A stretch of DNA of 64,000 nt from Octopus vulgaris (GCA_951406725.2 OX597819.1:10168001-10232000), one strand, 5' to 3'. Shown: positions 13,094 to 26,887, counted from the first letter of the stretch. The notes: generated by a model from the letters alone, not told the origin. Made by a program: numbers and translations.

Positions 13094-13454
13094 CTAGCAC
13101 TATGACCCGACAATGCCGGGTCATAGTGCTAGTGCATACATATACAGCTGCGTGCATGTGCACATACACGCGAGTACTGTCCAAATCTCCGACCAATCAC
13201 ATACAGCTAGCTGGCATTCAGTTAGCGTATCAAGTTTCAGGCATTTTGATTGAGATTTGGATAGGAAATTCACCAAAAATCACTTCTGTTGATTTTTTAA
13301 TGGCTTTGCGGGGTGACTGGGGAAATGTAAAGATGTGCACGACCACCCTTGGATGGTTTTAAACGACCATAGAAAGTACGAACCCTCTAACTGAAAAATT
13401 GTGGATTTGTATAAAGAACACAGACGCAGACATTTTGCCGTTTATATATAGAGA
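13094..13454 (-). mobile_element. Non-autonomous Helitron, second family (H2)
   Basis: Minus strand a|TCTCTATATATAAACGG...cccggcattgtcgggtcatagtgCTAG|t. Confidence 0.75.
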
Positions 13455-14373
13455 TGAAAATAGAGGTGAGAGAGGGAGACTGTTGCAAATGAAAACAGAA
13501 AATGTCACTTGCAACAAATTAATATTGTTTACTATTAAACATTAAAATCTACTTCACAGTGAATGCAATGAATATTTAAATTTGTGAAAAATTGGATGCA
13601 GTGAATGCAACAAATATTTAAATTTATGAAAAATTGGAGTTCAAAAATTCAATAAAATTCAGAAATCGAAATTATAAGAAATTTCTTAGAACATGAATTT
13701 ATAAAAATATTTCCAGGTGGTCAAGTCTTTCATATTTGTTTTCTTTTAGTACTTTTGATAACTGTTACACACCTAATTAATAAGCAGCTTTCTCCATTAT
13801 AATATAGATACCTGTAATCTGTATAAGTAAGATGCTGACAAAACAACATGGCTGTCAGATAATAAACTGTTAAGGGAGGTAAAATTACTGATTACATTGG
13901 CAACTGATGCCTTCTTAGGCTGGAAAGCATAATATAATGTTCTTAAGCATTATACAATATTTTAAGCCAATGGCAGGTCTGAATGTAACTTCTACCTTTT
14001 TAGATTTTGTCTGTTTCTCTACTCTTCTGAGTGTGGCAAAATGGAAAAGTACTCATGTAAATGGTTCATTGTTGGGGGGAGAGAAGGGGAAAGCAAAAAG
14101 AATGCCTTATAAAAGACAAGGTAGAAACCATCACAGTGAATCACTTAAGATTTTTCTCTTGGAGTCTCTTCATAAACCCTAAGCATAACATATTGATGTG
14201 TCTTCTGCTAAACACAATTTATGGCATTATATTGCTTAGCACTTTTGCAGACTTGATATTTTTTTTTAATATCTATGAACTTTTTCCTACAGTGTAGATG
14301 ACTGAGGTATAGGCCACTGCCATTACCCCCCACCCCTTACTGGTATGGGTTGGATGAGGCTTGTTAGAGGTGG

Positions 14374-14608
14374 TAGCGGCGAGCTGGCAGAAACGTTAGC
14401 ACTCCGGGCGAAATGCTTATCGGTATTTCGTCTGCCATTACGTCGTGAGTTCAAATCCCGCCGAGGTCGACTTTGCCTTTCATCCTTTTGGGGTCGATTA
14501 AATAAGTACCAGTTACGCACTGGGGTCGATATGATCGACTTAATCCGTTTGTCTGTCCTTGTTTGTCCCCTCTATGTTTAGCCCCTTGTGGGTAATAAAG
14601 AAATAGGT
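14374..14608 (+). mobile_element. SINE family B
   Basis: Full-length copy. Confidence 0.88.
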
Positions 14609-15267
14609 ATTCAGTAGCTGGATGTCATTCTTGATGCCCACAACTCTCACTTCAAAAGAAGTGAGGGTTGTGGGCATCAGAGACACATGATAGTCTTCCA
14701 CACAATATCTCTACTGAATTTCACTCAAAGTACATTGGTTGATTGAAGCTGAAAGCTAATGGTTGTAAAGCAAACAACTTCACTACAGTAATACTTTTAG
14801 AATGTTTTTTTTTTTAGAGATGAACCTGTGGAGATCAAATGTTTTTAAAAATATCAGATTTGTTTGATCTCTGAATGTCAGCAAATATTTTATTTCAGGT
14901 TTTGTAAATAGATCAGTGCATGCATGTAAATATTAAATAAATGTCTCATCTCCTAAGATGAAGTTAAAAATCTGAAAGATTATATATAATCTTATTAATG
15001 ATTCTCTGAAGCATTTAACGTTTCCCTACAGTTCGATACCTTTTAATAATATAGAAGGCCAAATCTTGTTATACTGAGTGACATAGTCAATTGCATTGTC
15101 TTTGGCATATTACTAACACACAATTTATCAACTCCTGAAGAATGAAAAGGCCAAGTTGACCTTGACTAGAATTAATATAAATTCAGAATATGGAGAGACA
15201 CGTTAAATATTTTAAGGTATTTACTGCCATTTCACTGACTTAATAATGAAAACTTGAGAATTTTGAT

Positions 15268-15657
15268 ACTCTTTACTCTTTTACTCGTTTCAGTCATTTG
15301 ACTGCGGCCATGCTGGAGCACCGCCTTTAGTCGAGCAAATCGACACCGGGACTAATTCTTTGTAAGCCCAGTACTTATTCTATTGGTCTCTTTTGCCGAA
15401 CCGCTAAGTGACGGGGACGTAAACACACCAGCATCGGTTGTCAAGCAATGCTAGGGGGACAAACACACACACATATATATATATATATATACATATGACA
15501 GGCTTCTTTGAGTTTCCGTCTACCAAATCCACTCACAAGGCATTGGTCGGCCCGGGGCTATAGCAGAAGACACTTGCCCAAGATGCCACGCAGTGGGACT
15601 GAACCCAGAACCATGTGGTTGGTTAGCAGGCTACTTACCACAAAGCCACTCCTGCGC
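15268..15657 (-). mobile_element. SINE family A
   Basis: Full-length reverse copy. Confidence 0.9.
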
Positions 15658-16356
15658 CGGTTGATATAAGTTAGTGCTAGTGACTTATTTTGGCTAAACA
15701 CAACTGTGATGGCCAATTTTGTACAAGAGGGAGTGAGTAGAGTTGATGGAAGCACTTCTTTCATATTAGTGGCATTCATTTAATTGACTACTATGAGATA
15801 GAAAGGACAAACATATCACTTTAGCATAATTGAGCATAGAACAGTGAGGTCCTGACTGAATAAGGCATCATAATATATCAAAGCTGGCTTAAAAATTCTT
15901 TTGATAACACTGATGGGTTCTATACAGATTGATAATTATATGCTTAATTAAGCACAAGTCTATTTATTGGGAGAGAGAGAGAGAGAGATACAGTTGACTG
16001 CATTGACTCCCAATATATTAGTAGTATTTGTTTTATGAAAGAGAGACGGGGGAGGAGGGGGGAGTGAGAGAGGCAGCAGAAACTACTGTGACAGGATTTG
16101 TAACAAAGAGAAGTGAAATGTCTAGCAACATTCAGCAAGCTTCCAAGCCATCATTCTACTTTCACAAGACTCTTCAAATAAACAATATTTACTGAAAAAT
16201 ATCCCATTAGATAAAGTATTTTAAGAGAATGTTTAAAGTTACCTTAGTTGAGGAAATACTCAACTGGCTGCCATTATATCAATAAACCAAATGATTTACA
16301 AACCAGACACCATCTTATGAAAGGACACACTAGATAATCTCTAGAGTACACTATTT

Positions 16357-16787
16357 ACTCTCTCTTTTACTCTTTTACTTGTTTCAGTCATGTGACTGTG
16401 GCCATGCTGGAGCACCGCCTTTAGTCGACCAAATCGACCCCGGGACTTATTCTTTGTAAGCCCAGTACTTATTCTATCGGTCTCTTTTTGCCGAACCGCT
16501 AAGTGACGGGGACGTAAACACACCAGCATCGGTTGTCAAGCAATGGTGGTGGTGGGGGGACAAACACAGACACACAAACATATATACACACATACATACA
16601 TATATATATATATACACACATATACGACAGGCTTCTTTCAGTATCCGTCTACCAAATCCACTCACAAGGCATTGGTCGGCCCGGGGCTATAGCAGAAGAC
16701 ACACTTGCCCAAGGTGCCATGCAGTGGGAATGAACCCGGAACCATGTTGTTGGGAAGCAGCAAGCTACTTACCACACAGCCACTCCT
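16357..16787 (-). mobile_element. SINE family A
   Basis: Full-length reverse copy. Confidence 0.9.
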
Positions 16788-17498
16788 AGCAAAAAAAAAA
16801 AAAAAAAAAAAAGACTGGTCATAGTTTGAATGGCTTTTTATCATAAGGTCAGCTTGCTTATATATCACAGTTGATCTGGACCAACCCTGTAGTTTATTTG
16901 AACCTAGGAAGCAATACTACTGCAATCACAAGTAGAAAAATTAACCATAACTTGTTCATGTTGTTGATGTCGAATTCTATGTTAGCCTCAAACAGAACTA
17001 CAATTAAATGCATTCCAACTTCATTTAATCCCGACTGTATTATGTAAGATGCGTTTTCCTCTTTTTCAGCTTTAAAGATGGTAGAATGTAATTTGAGGGA
17101 TATTTGGCTGTTATTTCTTGTAAAGCTGACAAGCTCATATGAATTGATAGTAATCTGGACAATTTCTGTTAACTTGGATTTTAAGTACACTTGGGACTGT
17201 TGAATAGCTGGGGCTAACTAAACAACTATGGGATAGATGATTTAAGGTGGTGGAAGATGGGGGAGAATAAGATGAGGGAGTTAAAAAACGTTCATGGGTG
17301 AGGAACAGAAGGCAGAGAGAAAGGGAACAGAAGGGATAAAAGTGGAAAGGAAGTAGAAGAAAGAAGTGTTTTGTTAATAACAAATGTAGAGATTTAACCC
17401 TCCCTGTATCCCCACCCCCCATCTCTCTCACACACATTGAGCTAATAAATAAAATAAAAAGCAAACCAACAAAAGGTGAACAAATCTGATGTAGCAAT

Positions 17499-17970
17499 TT
17501 CTTTATTACCCACAAGGGGCTAAACATAGAGGGGACAAACAAGGACAGACATGGGTATTAAGTCGATTACATCGACCCCAGTGCATAACTGGTACTTAAT
17601 TTATCGATCCCGAAAGGATGAAAGGCAAAGTCGACCTCGGCGGAATTTGAACTCAGAACGTAAAGGCAGACGCAATACCGCTAAACATTTCGCCCGGCGT
17701 GCTAACGTCTCTGCCAGCTCGCCGCCTTTTATGTATACCTATTTCTTTATTACCCACAAGGGGCTAAACATAGAGGGGAAAAACAAGGACAGACATAGGT
17801 ATTAAGTCGATTACATCGACCCCAGTGCAGAACTGGTACTTAATTTATCGACCCCGAAAGGATGAAAGGCAAAGTCAACCTCGGCGGAATTTGAACTCAG
17901 AACGTAACGACAGACGAAATACCGCTAAGCATTTCATCCAGCATGCTAACGTTTCTGCCAGCTCGCCGCC
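17499..17970 (-). mobile_element. Two adjacent full-length SINE B copies
   Basis: 17499-17728 and 17740-17970, both with heads. Confidence 0.88.
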
Positions 17971-18372
17971 ATGCTGTCAATAGAATATTTAGTTAAGTTT
18001 GCTCCTATGCATCAACTCCACTGTCCAATGATACGACATGTTCAGATGAATTAAAGATGAAAATTACACATCAGAGCTCTTACCTCTTACTTATTGAGCA
18101 CATCATATTTATCCTCTACCTTTTTACAGGCTACAAGTGCCACATTTTTTTAACTATTTGGATGATGTGGTGCAAATATTTTATAACAGACAGAATTTTG
18201 GCTCTTGTATGTTTAAAGATGGTTTTTGTTAACTTTAAAATTAATATATAATGTAGCCCCTTTGATGTCAACATGCATGAGACCACCTTCATTTCTTAAA
18301 TACCAAATTTCTTACTTTTACAGGGTTCATATTTAAGTTATATATAACCGATACATAATTTTATGCTAAGAA

Positions 18373-18536
18373 TAGGCGCAGGAGTGGCTGTGTGGTAAGT
18401 AGCTTGTTTACCAACCACATGGTTCCGGGTTCAGTCCCACTGTGTGGCACCTTGGGCAAGTGTCTTCTACTATAGCCTCGGGCCGACCAAAGCCTTGTGA
18501 GTGGATTTGGTAGACGGAAACTGAAAGAAGCCCATC

Positions 18537-18571
<35 letters not shown>

Positions 18572-18667
18572 TGTGTATGTTTGTGTGTCTGTGTTTGTCC
18601 CCCTAGCATTGCTTGACAACTGATGCTGGTGTGCTTACGTCCCCGTCACTTAGCGGTTCGGCAAAAG
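18373..18667 (+). mobile_element. SINE family A (3'-truncated)
   Basis: Ends at cggttcggcaaaag. Confidence 0.88.
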
Positions 18668-18921
18668 TCTGTATTACGTTGTGTTGACAGACTTGCACTT
18701 AAAATTCCTGCCAATTTTAATCAAGTCCTGTTAGCTACAGAGGTGACAACACTACCTACTTATCTTTCACACACACACACACACTTTCTTTCTCTCTCTC
18801 TTGCACAGTATTTCTTTCTCAACAACAACTTTTCTCCTCCTCTCTTTCCCCTCTCCACACAGCTATTGTTACAGACAGACGGAGTTTATCTTTTCTTTTA
18901 TAATATAAAATTGATACTTGA

Positions 18922-19071
18922 AGAGTGGTTGGCGTTAGGAAGGGCATCTAGCCGTAGAAACACTGCCAGATTTAACTGGGCTTGATGAAGCCTTCTGGCT
19001 TCACAGACCCCAGTAGAACCGTCCAACCCATGCTAGCATGGAAAGCGGACGCTAAACGATGATGATGATGA
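18922..19071 (+). mobile_element. Retroposon family D, 3' fragment
   Basis: Conserved 3' end and (gat)n tail. Confidence 0.8.
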
Positions 19072-19559
19072 TAAAAGGAAAGGTGTTAAAGAATTCCTGC
19101 AGTGACATCAGAGAGTAAGAAGAGTGGATTTTGTATTTGTGTAAAGTACTTGTGTATTACAACTGTAACATTACAATTACTTTTACTTTTTGAACAGAAT
19201 TAAAAGCCCTTTTGAATTCCCCTTTCATTTTCCCTTGGAATCTGTTTAGCAATAGGTCAAAGGTGATTTGCCTGTTTTGCATTTATAGCCTTAGCAGCAA
19301 CAGGAAGTCTAGACTGTCAGTGAATTAATTCTTTGGCACGGGAATTATTTATGACTTTTTCCAAATAGATGTAAGCATAAGTGTTCAAAGGCACCATGAC
19401 ATATCAAGGACCTAATGTTTTGTTAGCTTTAAGGGAATTTAATGCATTTTCTTACATGATGTAGGTCTGCAAATCTCCCTCAAAAGAGTAAAAAATGCAT
19501 AGGCCTCTGACTAAATGATCCTCCTCACCAGAAAAAAAAAAAAAAAAAAAAAAACTGAG

Positions 19560-19965
19560 TAGGCGCAGGAGTGGCTGTGTGGTAAGTAGCTTGCTAACCA
19601 ACCACATGGTTCCGGGTTCAGTCCCACTGCGTGGCATCTTGGGCAAGTGTCTTCTGCTATAGCCCCGGGCCGACCAATGCCTTGTGAGTGGATTTGGTAG
19701 ACGGAAACTGAAAGAAGCCTGTCGTATATATGTATATATATATATATATATATGTGTATGTGTGTTTGTCCCCCTAGCATTGCTTGACAACCGATGCTGG
19801 TGTGTTTATGTCCCCGTCACTTAGCGGTTCGGCAAAAGAGACCGATAGAATAAGTACTGGGCTTACAAAGAATAAGTCCCGGGGTTGATTTGCTCGACTA
19901 AAAGGCGGTGCTCCAGCATGGCCGCAGTCAAATGACTGAAACAAGTAAAAGAGAAAAGAGAAAGA
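19560..19965 (+). mobile_element. SINE family A
   Basis: Full-length copy. Confidence 0.9.
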
Positions 19966-20629
19966 GAGTACATTTACCTTTGTCAACATTGTGAGCTATA
20001 GAGAGGACTAGAATAATAATAATAATAATAAAGCAATATATAGTTCTCAATACAAAAACTACTTCTCTGAATTAAGAGGGTTATTTGCATTGTTTGTGAC
20101 TATGGCCAGCTGTTTTAGTACAATTTATCTATGGCAGCATGAACTTATTAATATCCTCACCTCACTAGTTTAGCCATAACAAACTAAATCATCCATATAC
20201 AAGTCTTTATTGAGCCTTTACAATATCTTATCAGTAACATGAAGAAAGTTAGCTCATATCATACCATTGCTTTATGTTAATTCAATGTCCTAGATTAGCA
20301 CATTAAACTGATATGTTATATCAGTTACTATAATGTTGAATTAGTGGAAGATACATCCCCACTTTGATGAGATGATAGATAGCCAGAAATAGCTCCATTA
20401 GAATTTAAGCTCAGAGTCATTTAACTGTCACTTCAAAATTTACTCCTCCTCCTCTTTTGCTATCTTTTACCTATTTTATTGATGCTGAAGCAATAGAATA
20501 GTTATATGTCTATTTATGTGGGATTTGAACTTCTAAACCATAGGCTTCCAACTTGCCAGATGTTCTAACTTGTATAGCTTTAGTTGCAAGAAAGCCAGCG
20601 CGGTGAGAGGTTGTGTGTCGTTCTCTCTA

Positions 20630-20864
20630 TGGTGGGGGGACAAACACAGACGCACAAACATATACACACACGCATACATACATATATATATAAATATATA
20701 CGACAGGCTTCTTTCAGTTTCCGTCTACCAAATCCACTCACAAGGCATTGGTCGGCCTGAGGCTATAGCAGAAGACATTTGCCCAAGATGCCACGCAGTG
20801 GGACTGAACCTGGAACCATGTGGTTGGTAAGCAAGCTACTTACCACACAGCCACTCCTGCGCCT
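20630..20864 (-). mobile_element. SINE family A (5' half)
   Basis: Head through the central microsatellite only. Confidence 0.88.
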
Positions 20865-20897
20865 ATATGTAAATTTATATAAATTTTCTTATTTCAG

Positions 20898-21672
20898 AGC
20901 CATGAATCCATCGTCATTTTTTGGGGGAAATCTTCCTGTAAGCAAGATTATGGTAAACAGGGAACAGATGAGATTGATTCAAATGATTGTGAGATTGATT
21001 CTGGTGAGCATGAAGTGTCATCTGGAACATGCAACGATACTACATCAACCTATACTTTGAGTAATTCAGAAATAAGTAGTGATGAAGAAAACAATGGTAG
21101 AGTAATGACAACATCTGTAGAGATACTTGGCAAAACATTACTGTTACAACATGATCATTTTACTTCACTGGCAATGAGCAACTATTGATACAACCAGTGC
21201 CCTGTGACACAAATGAGATGGTTTCACCTATTGATGCCTATAAATTATTTGTAACAGATATGATGACACACATTGTTAAAGAAACAAATAGATATGCTGA
21301 TCAAATTCTTGGGACTCAAACAGTAACTAAGAAGTCACTTGTGTCACAGTGGTTTCCAACAAATAATGATGAATTGATGAAATTTTTTGGCATCATCATT
21401 AGTATGGGAGTTGTCAACATGCCAACAATGGAGTGTTACTGGTCAAAGAAGAAGGTATACAACTATAACTTCATGAAGGATAATATGACAAGAAATTGAT
21501 TTTTCTTGCTTCTATAAATGTTGCACTTCAATGATAATGTAACTTTTGAAAAAAAAAACCCAGAAGATTGCATAAAATTCAACGACTCTTTGAAATGCTA
21601 ATAACCAACTTCAAATCTGTGAACTCTCCAGGTGAAAAACCAGTGGTGGATGAATCATTGGCTCCTTTCAGA
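20898..21672 (+). pseudogene. Decayed piggyBac transposase (PGBD4-like), N-terminal half
   Basis: Acidic N-terminus, then IVKETNRYA...ELMKFFGIIISMG...YWS...MTRN*F...LHFNDN...LHKIQ...PGEKPVVDESLAPFR (first catalytic Asp motif). Stops and frameshifts present. Confidence 0.88.
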
Positions 21673-22132
21673 CAATGATAAGAGGGGGCTGAGGACCGAT
21701 CCTTGGTGAACCCTTACTTCTACCCAGAATTCTTTGCTATACTCATTGCCAACCCTTACCTTACTAACGGCATCCTTGTATAAGGCCTCTACAACTCTTA
21801 TTAACCACTCGTCAATCCCCAGTTTCCGCATCGCCCACCAGATAAGGGATCAGGGGACCTGTCAAAGGCTTTCTCCAAATCCACAAAAGCCAGGTACAGG
21901 GGCTTATCTTTGGCTAGGTATTTCTCCTGCATTTGCCGTACCAGGAATGTAGCATCAGTGGTGCTTCTACCGGGCACAGAACCAAACTGCATCTCATCTA
22001 AGCAGACTCTCTCCCTAATTAGTTGGACTATGACCCTCTCCGTGACCATCACCTGACCCAGCAGTTTGATACCCCTGCAGATATTTCTAGCTAAAGCATC
22101 ACCTTTACCTTTGAAGCAGTTGACTATGGTGT
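21673..22132 (-). mobile_element. RTE-clade LINE reverse transcriptase fragment
   Basis: KGKGDAL...RGIKLL...LDEMQFG.VPGRSTTDATFLVRQMQEKY...LYLAFVDLEKAFDR...VHQGSVLSPLL, frameshifted. Confidence 0.9.
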
Positions 22133-22536
22133 TGTATATAAGCTTTGTTAGCAGAATGACAATCACAAGCCATGGAGATGTCAATGATAGTGTAATAGCT
22201 AAAATTTGTAATACTTCCAGGACTTTTAATTAACATGCCCTTGCGAATAATAAAGGGATTCTGTGCATATAAAAGTAGTTATGTATGTCAGTAGTATGGT
22301 ATTGTTTGAGACCCCCTTCGGCCATGACTGACCATGGGATTGCACCTAGAAAGTTACCCTCCCAGGCATCAGTCTGGGCAAGGTTGTTTATGGAAGACCA
22401 GCAGTTGCCCATGCAATACGAAATGGTAACAAAACCATTATTGAATTTGTAGTAGACAGTGGTTTTTACTGTTTAACTCTAGGTCAACCTTGGTTGAAGA
22501 AATCAAATGATCAAAGGTATTTATACCATGACCAAT

Positions 22537-22751
22537 ACTCTTTACTCTTTTACTTGTTTCAGTCATTTGATTGTGGCCATGCTGGAGCACCGCCTTTATT
22601 CGAGCAAATCGACCCCGGGACTTATTCTTTGTAAGCCCAGTACTTATTCTATCGGTCTCTTTTGCCGAACCGCTAAGTGACGGGGACGTAAACACACCAG
22701 CATCGGTTGTCAAGCAATGCTAGGGGGACAAACACAGACACACACACACGC

Positions 22752-22799
<48 letters not shown>

Positions 22800-22962
22800 T
22801 ACGACGGGCTTCTTTCAGTTCCCGTCTACCAAATCCACCCACAAGACATTGGTCGGCCCGGGGCTATAGCAGAAGACACTTGCCCAAGATGCCACGCAGT
22901 GGGACTGAACCCGGAACCATGTGGTTGGTTAGTAAGCTACTTACCACACAGCCACTCCTGCG
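22537..22962 (-). mobile_element. SINE family A
   Basis: Full-length reverse copy. Confidence 0.9.
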
Positions 22963-23607
22963 TGTTCTTTCTTCTTTTTTAAAAGACACTAGGGTGAAAT
23001 CTGGGAGATGTATAGCTACTTTTTCTAGCAGGTCAACTGAACATGTAGAAAAGTAGGTGGAGTTAACAGGATCTATTAACATAATTATTAGAATAATCTA
23101 GATTAGATAATTAAAAGAAATTATCCCAGAAATGGATAGTCATAAGACGAAATCTAAAAGCCATTCAACAAGCTTAAGTTTAGCGAAAAACACATAAAAC
23201 AATGTAAGTATTATATCCGAAATTAATTTTCCACAATTATGCAAACCAATATTATAATTATAGATGTATCAGTTACATAACCATAAGCTTTAACACAAAA
23301 AAATGCTTTTGAAGAATGAAATAAACAGATATTTGATACAAATTCTAAACTGAGAGGTGAAATATAGAAATAAATTACAAAAACCACAAATTCTTTAGAT
23401 GATGGCAGTAGTTAAAAGAACAATAACATTAGTTTGATAGACACTATTCTCTTAATTGTGATGTAAATATAACATGTAAGGTGAATTGTGAATAAAAACA
23501 ATCGTAGTAGCAGTTTGCAAAGGTGAAAATTTTTCTTTGTTTTACAAGGTTTTATGAAAATCTTCCAGTTCAGACATTTCCACATGCACTTATTCAACTA
23601 TATGAAA

Positions 23608-24002
23608 CTAGCAGTATCGCCCGGCGTTGCTCGGGTTTGTAAGGGAAATAACTATATAAGCATTTTTAGAGATGTAAAGTATAATAGCCATCTCAATATG
23701 GCTAACCACAAAGGGGGTGTTACTGTAGCTTTTTACGTTCTGAGATTTAATAATAAATTTTTAGAGAGTTACTTCCCTTATATAATAGCAAAAAAATGCA
23801 TTAAAAATGGGAAAAAATGATGGTAAAATTTTTAAAATCATAGACTCATCGTAGATGCGCACTAATACCCAGAAGGGCTCGATATGAATCACGACTATAA
23901 GATACCCGGTTTTGGTTAAACTGCACCGCAAAATGTGGGAGTAGTTAGGAATCTAAATCGTAGGAGACAGACACCACACAACTTTAGTTTTATATATAAA
24001 GA
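23608..24002 (-). mobile_element. Non-autonomous Helitron H1 (variant with 84-bp foreign module)
   Basis: Same termini as 9964-10251 on the minus strand. Confidence 0.85.
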
Positions 24003-24178
24003 TGTAATCTGAACAGCACAAAGGGTTATTGGAATTAAAATAACCAAAATTTTTGGTCTTGTTATTCGCAAGAATAGAAGTGTTGGTGTATTATTTACAT
24101 TATCTAACGAGCTACAGAAAATAGAAATTACACTGAAACTGAATCAAATAGAATGACAGAAAAATTAAGCCCACTTAC

Positions 24179-24851
24179 TTGTCAGAGATGACATCCAATG
24201 AAGTTAAGAAGTATTGTAATACTGTTGGCAGACTATCTAGATATCGCAATTCTCGTTGCCGCAACTGTTGTTCTTTTAAATGCATGGTATGTTTGCGAAA
24301 ATGTTCTACGGCACTTTCAGTTCCAAATAATTCCACATAATGATTATAATCAGACTCCTTCATAAATTTCTTTTTCCATATAGTCCATGATGCTTTTGGA
24401 TCTGTAACCTGAGTATTGAGCAGTTTTTTGTATGCCTTGGTAGCAACTTCTAAAATATCTTTGCGGGCTCGGTAGGCATCAGCAAAAGGAATAATTTTTT
24501 TCCTCATTTTTGTACCATCAATTAGGTGCGCAAGTGTCATAAATGCCAATTCTACATTGATGTTGTCAAGTGCAGAGGTCTCCACAATGGGAATATTGAG
24601 TTTACTGCGAGTGACCAATGCTCCAGCTTCCTTACAGAATCGGTCCACAGCCTCGTCATGCTTTGTAGTTGCCAGCACCACAGGTTTGCGGATCTTCTGC
24701 AAAGATTGAAGAATTTGAGAAACAAACTCAACCTGTCTCTCAATTGGCCGGTTGTGAACAGTGCTGACATCAAACACTACCATAAAGCCATCAATATTCA
24801 GCTTGCCATCTGGCATCAGCTTCTGCTCATAAGCGCTGTCTGTTTCCATCC
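24179..24851 (-). CDS. RhoGAPp190: p190 RhoGAP coding exon 2: end of GTPase domain and first FF domain
   Basis: Acceptor tctcttcag|GG completes Gly with the G from the previous exon, giving QLGMETDSAYEQKLMPDGKLNIDGF...KPVVLATTKHD...VETSALDNINVELAF. Donor AA|gtaagt. 673 nt, phase 1 to 2. Confidence 0.96.
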
Positions 24852-25317
24852 CTGAAGAGAAAGAAAAAGAAACAAATTTAATTCAAAGGAAAACAATTTT
24901 ACTAAAATGACCACAACCACCCCGGCCCCAAAAATCTTTCAATATAAAATACATTTGGTAAATAGGCTTTAAAACAAATGGCTAAGATGCAATGGTATAC
25001 TGATATATATACATATAGAAGCATCCCCATTGGAAGATGCATAAAGAAAGCTAGTTAAACATACAGTGAGAGAAAATGTATGTGTTAAAAAAGGAAAAGA
25101 AAAGGTATATGTATAATGGGAGGCATTTTTTGTAAAGTTGTGTATTTAATGCATATGGAAAGAGAGTGGGGGCAGAAGAGAGCAGACATCTGGAGAGGGA
25201 AAGAAGGGAGAGAAAATGAGGAGAGTGGTGGGGACTGAAAGAGAGAGAGAGAGAAGGGGAACATGTTAAAATAAAACACGAAAAAAAAAACCTGGTAGTA
25301 GACAAAGATAGAAATAA

Positions 25318-25716
25318 CTAGCAGTATCGCCCGGCGTTGCTCGGGTTTGTAAGGGAAATAACTATAAAGCATTTTTAGAGAGTTATAGCCAAAACATAGC
25401 AAAAAAAAATGTATTAAAAATGGAAGAAAAATGATGGTAAGTTTCTTTTTAAATCGTTGACTCATCGTAGACATTTTTAGAGAGTTACTTCCCTTATATA
25501 ATAGCGAAAAAAATGCATTAAAATGGAAAAAAATGATGGTAAATTATTTTTAAAATCGTAGACTCATTGTAGACGCACACTAATACCCAGAAGGGCTCGA
25601 TATGAATCACGACTATAAGATACCCGCTTTTGGTTACACTGCACCGCAAAATGTGGGAGTAGTTAGGAATCTAAATTGTAGGAGACAGAACACAACTTGA
25701 CTTTTATATATAAAGA
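25318..25716 (-). mobile_element. Non-autonomous Helitron H1 (internal duplication variant)
   Basis: TC/CTAG termini and hairpin. Confidence 0.85.
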
Positions 25717-26502
25717 TAAGGTAAATAAATTTCTCATGTTAGTTAGAAAATTATTCTCTGTATCTAAATTTCTGTTTAATTTGATACCCCACCACTCATT
25801 AGTTTGACAGGAGCAAATGATATTCAGATATTCAAATGAGAGCATTATTCTATGATTGAAAAGTAAGCAGAAGAAAAATCTGACTACTCATGAAGAACAC
25901 TAACAAATCAATCAGCTATATTATAAAAGAATATTTTATCTACTTTATTGATTTCTCTTTGTCACCACCACCAACCATTATTTTCTTTCAAAAGTTCATT
26001 CAAATTTTTGAATATTCACACATATTTATGTGAACATCATGTGCACATGGATATAAATGTATCTCTAGTATTTTATATGCACAAGTCTTCCACCCCAACA
26101 CATATATTTTGTATTCCTTGGCTAGAATGACCAGCAGCCAATAAAATCAAGATGAAGCTACAACATCACAGTAATATCTCTGTATATTTTGCATATTAGA
26201 CAAAGCAGAGCAATTTGCTTAGGAAAAAAAACCCCAAAAAACTATTTGTTTTATGGTTAAAATGTACATGCAGGAGGGAAAGTAAGACAAGTGATTAAAC
26301 ATAGAACCTCAGTAGTAGTTTAGGCAATGAAATGTTACAGCAGGTTCAATTCCTGTTTCAGATTTTATTCCATTGATCTCTACACCAAGCTGCAAGTGGA
26401 GACAAAGACAAACACACACACACCTCAATTCAAACTAAGCACTAATTTAGAGACTTAGCCTAACATTGGAACCCATTCTTGGTAACAACTGTATCTTGTA
26501 CT

Positions 26503-26887
26503 GTGGAAGCACTCCGTCGGTTACGACGGTGAGGGTTCCGGTTGATCCGACCAACGGAACAGCCTGCTCGTGAAATTAACGTGTAAGTGGCTGAGCACTC
26601 CACAGACACGTGTACCCTTAACGTAGTTGTCGGGGATATTCAGCGTGACACAGAGAGTGACAAGGCCGGCCCTTTGAAATACAGGTACAACAGAAACAGG
26701 AAGAAAGAGTGAGAGAAAGTTGTGGTGAAAGAGTACAGCAGGGATCACCACCATCCCCTGCCGGAGCCTCGTGGAGCTTTTAGGTGTTTTCGCTCAATAA
26801 ACACTCACAACGCCCGGTCTGGGAATCGAAACCGCGATCCTACGACCGCGAGTCCGCTGCCCTAACCACTGGGCCATTGCACCTCCA
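26503..26887 (-). mobile_element. SINE family C
   Basis: TSD tatcttgtact. Confidence 0.9.

Noticed and set aside
22303-22415. GC-richer 110-bp island containing CTGATG on the minus strand
   Set aside because: The core is CTGATGC rather than CTGATGA and no hammerhead fold forms. Probably a fragment of an unclassified retroposon.
24526-24855. Antisense and alternate-frame ORFs over p190 exons (also 62783-62986)
   Set aside because: Shadows of the real coding exons.
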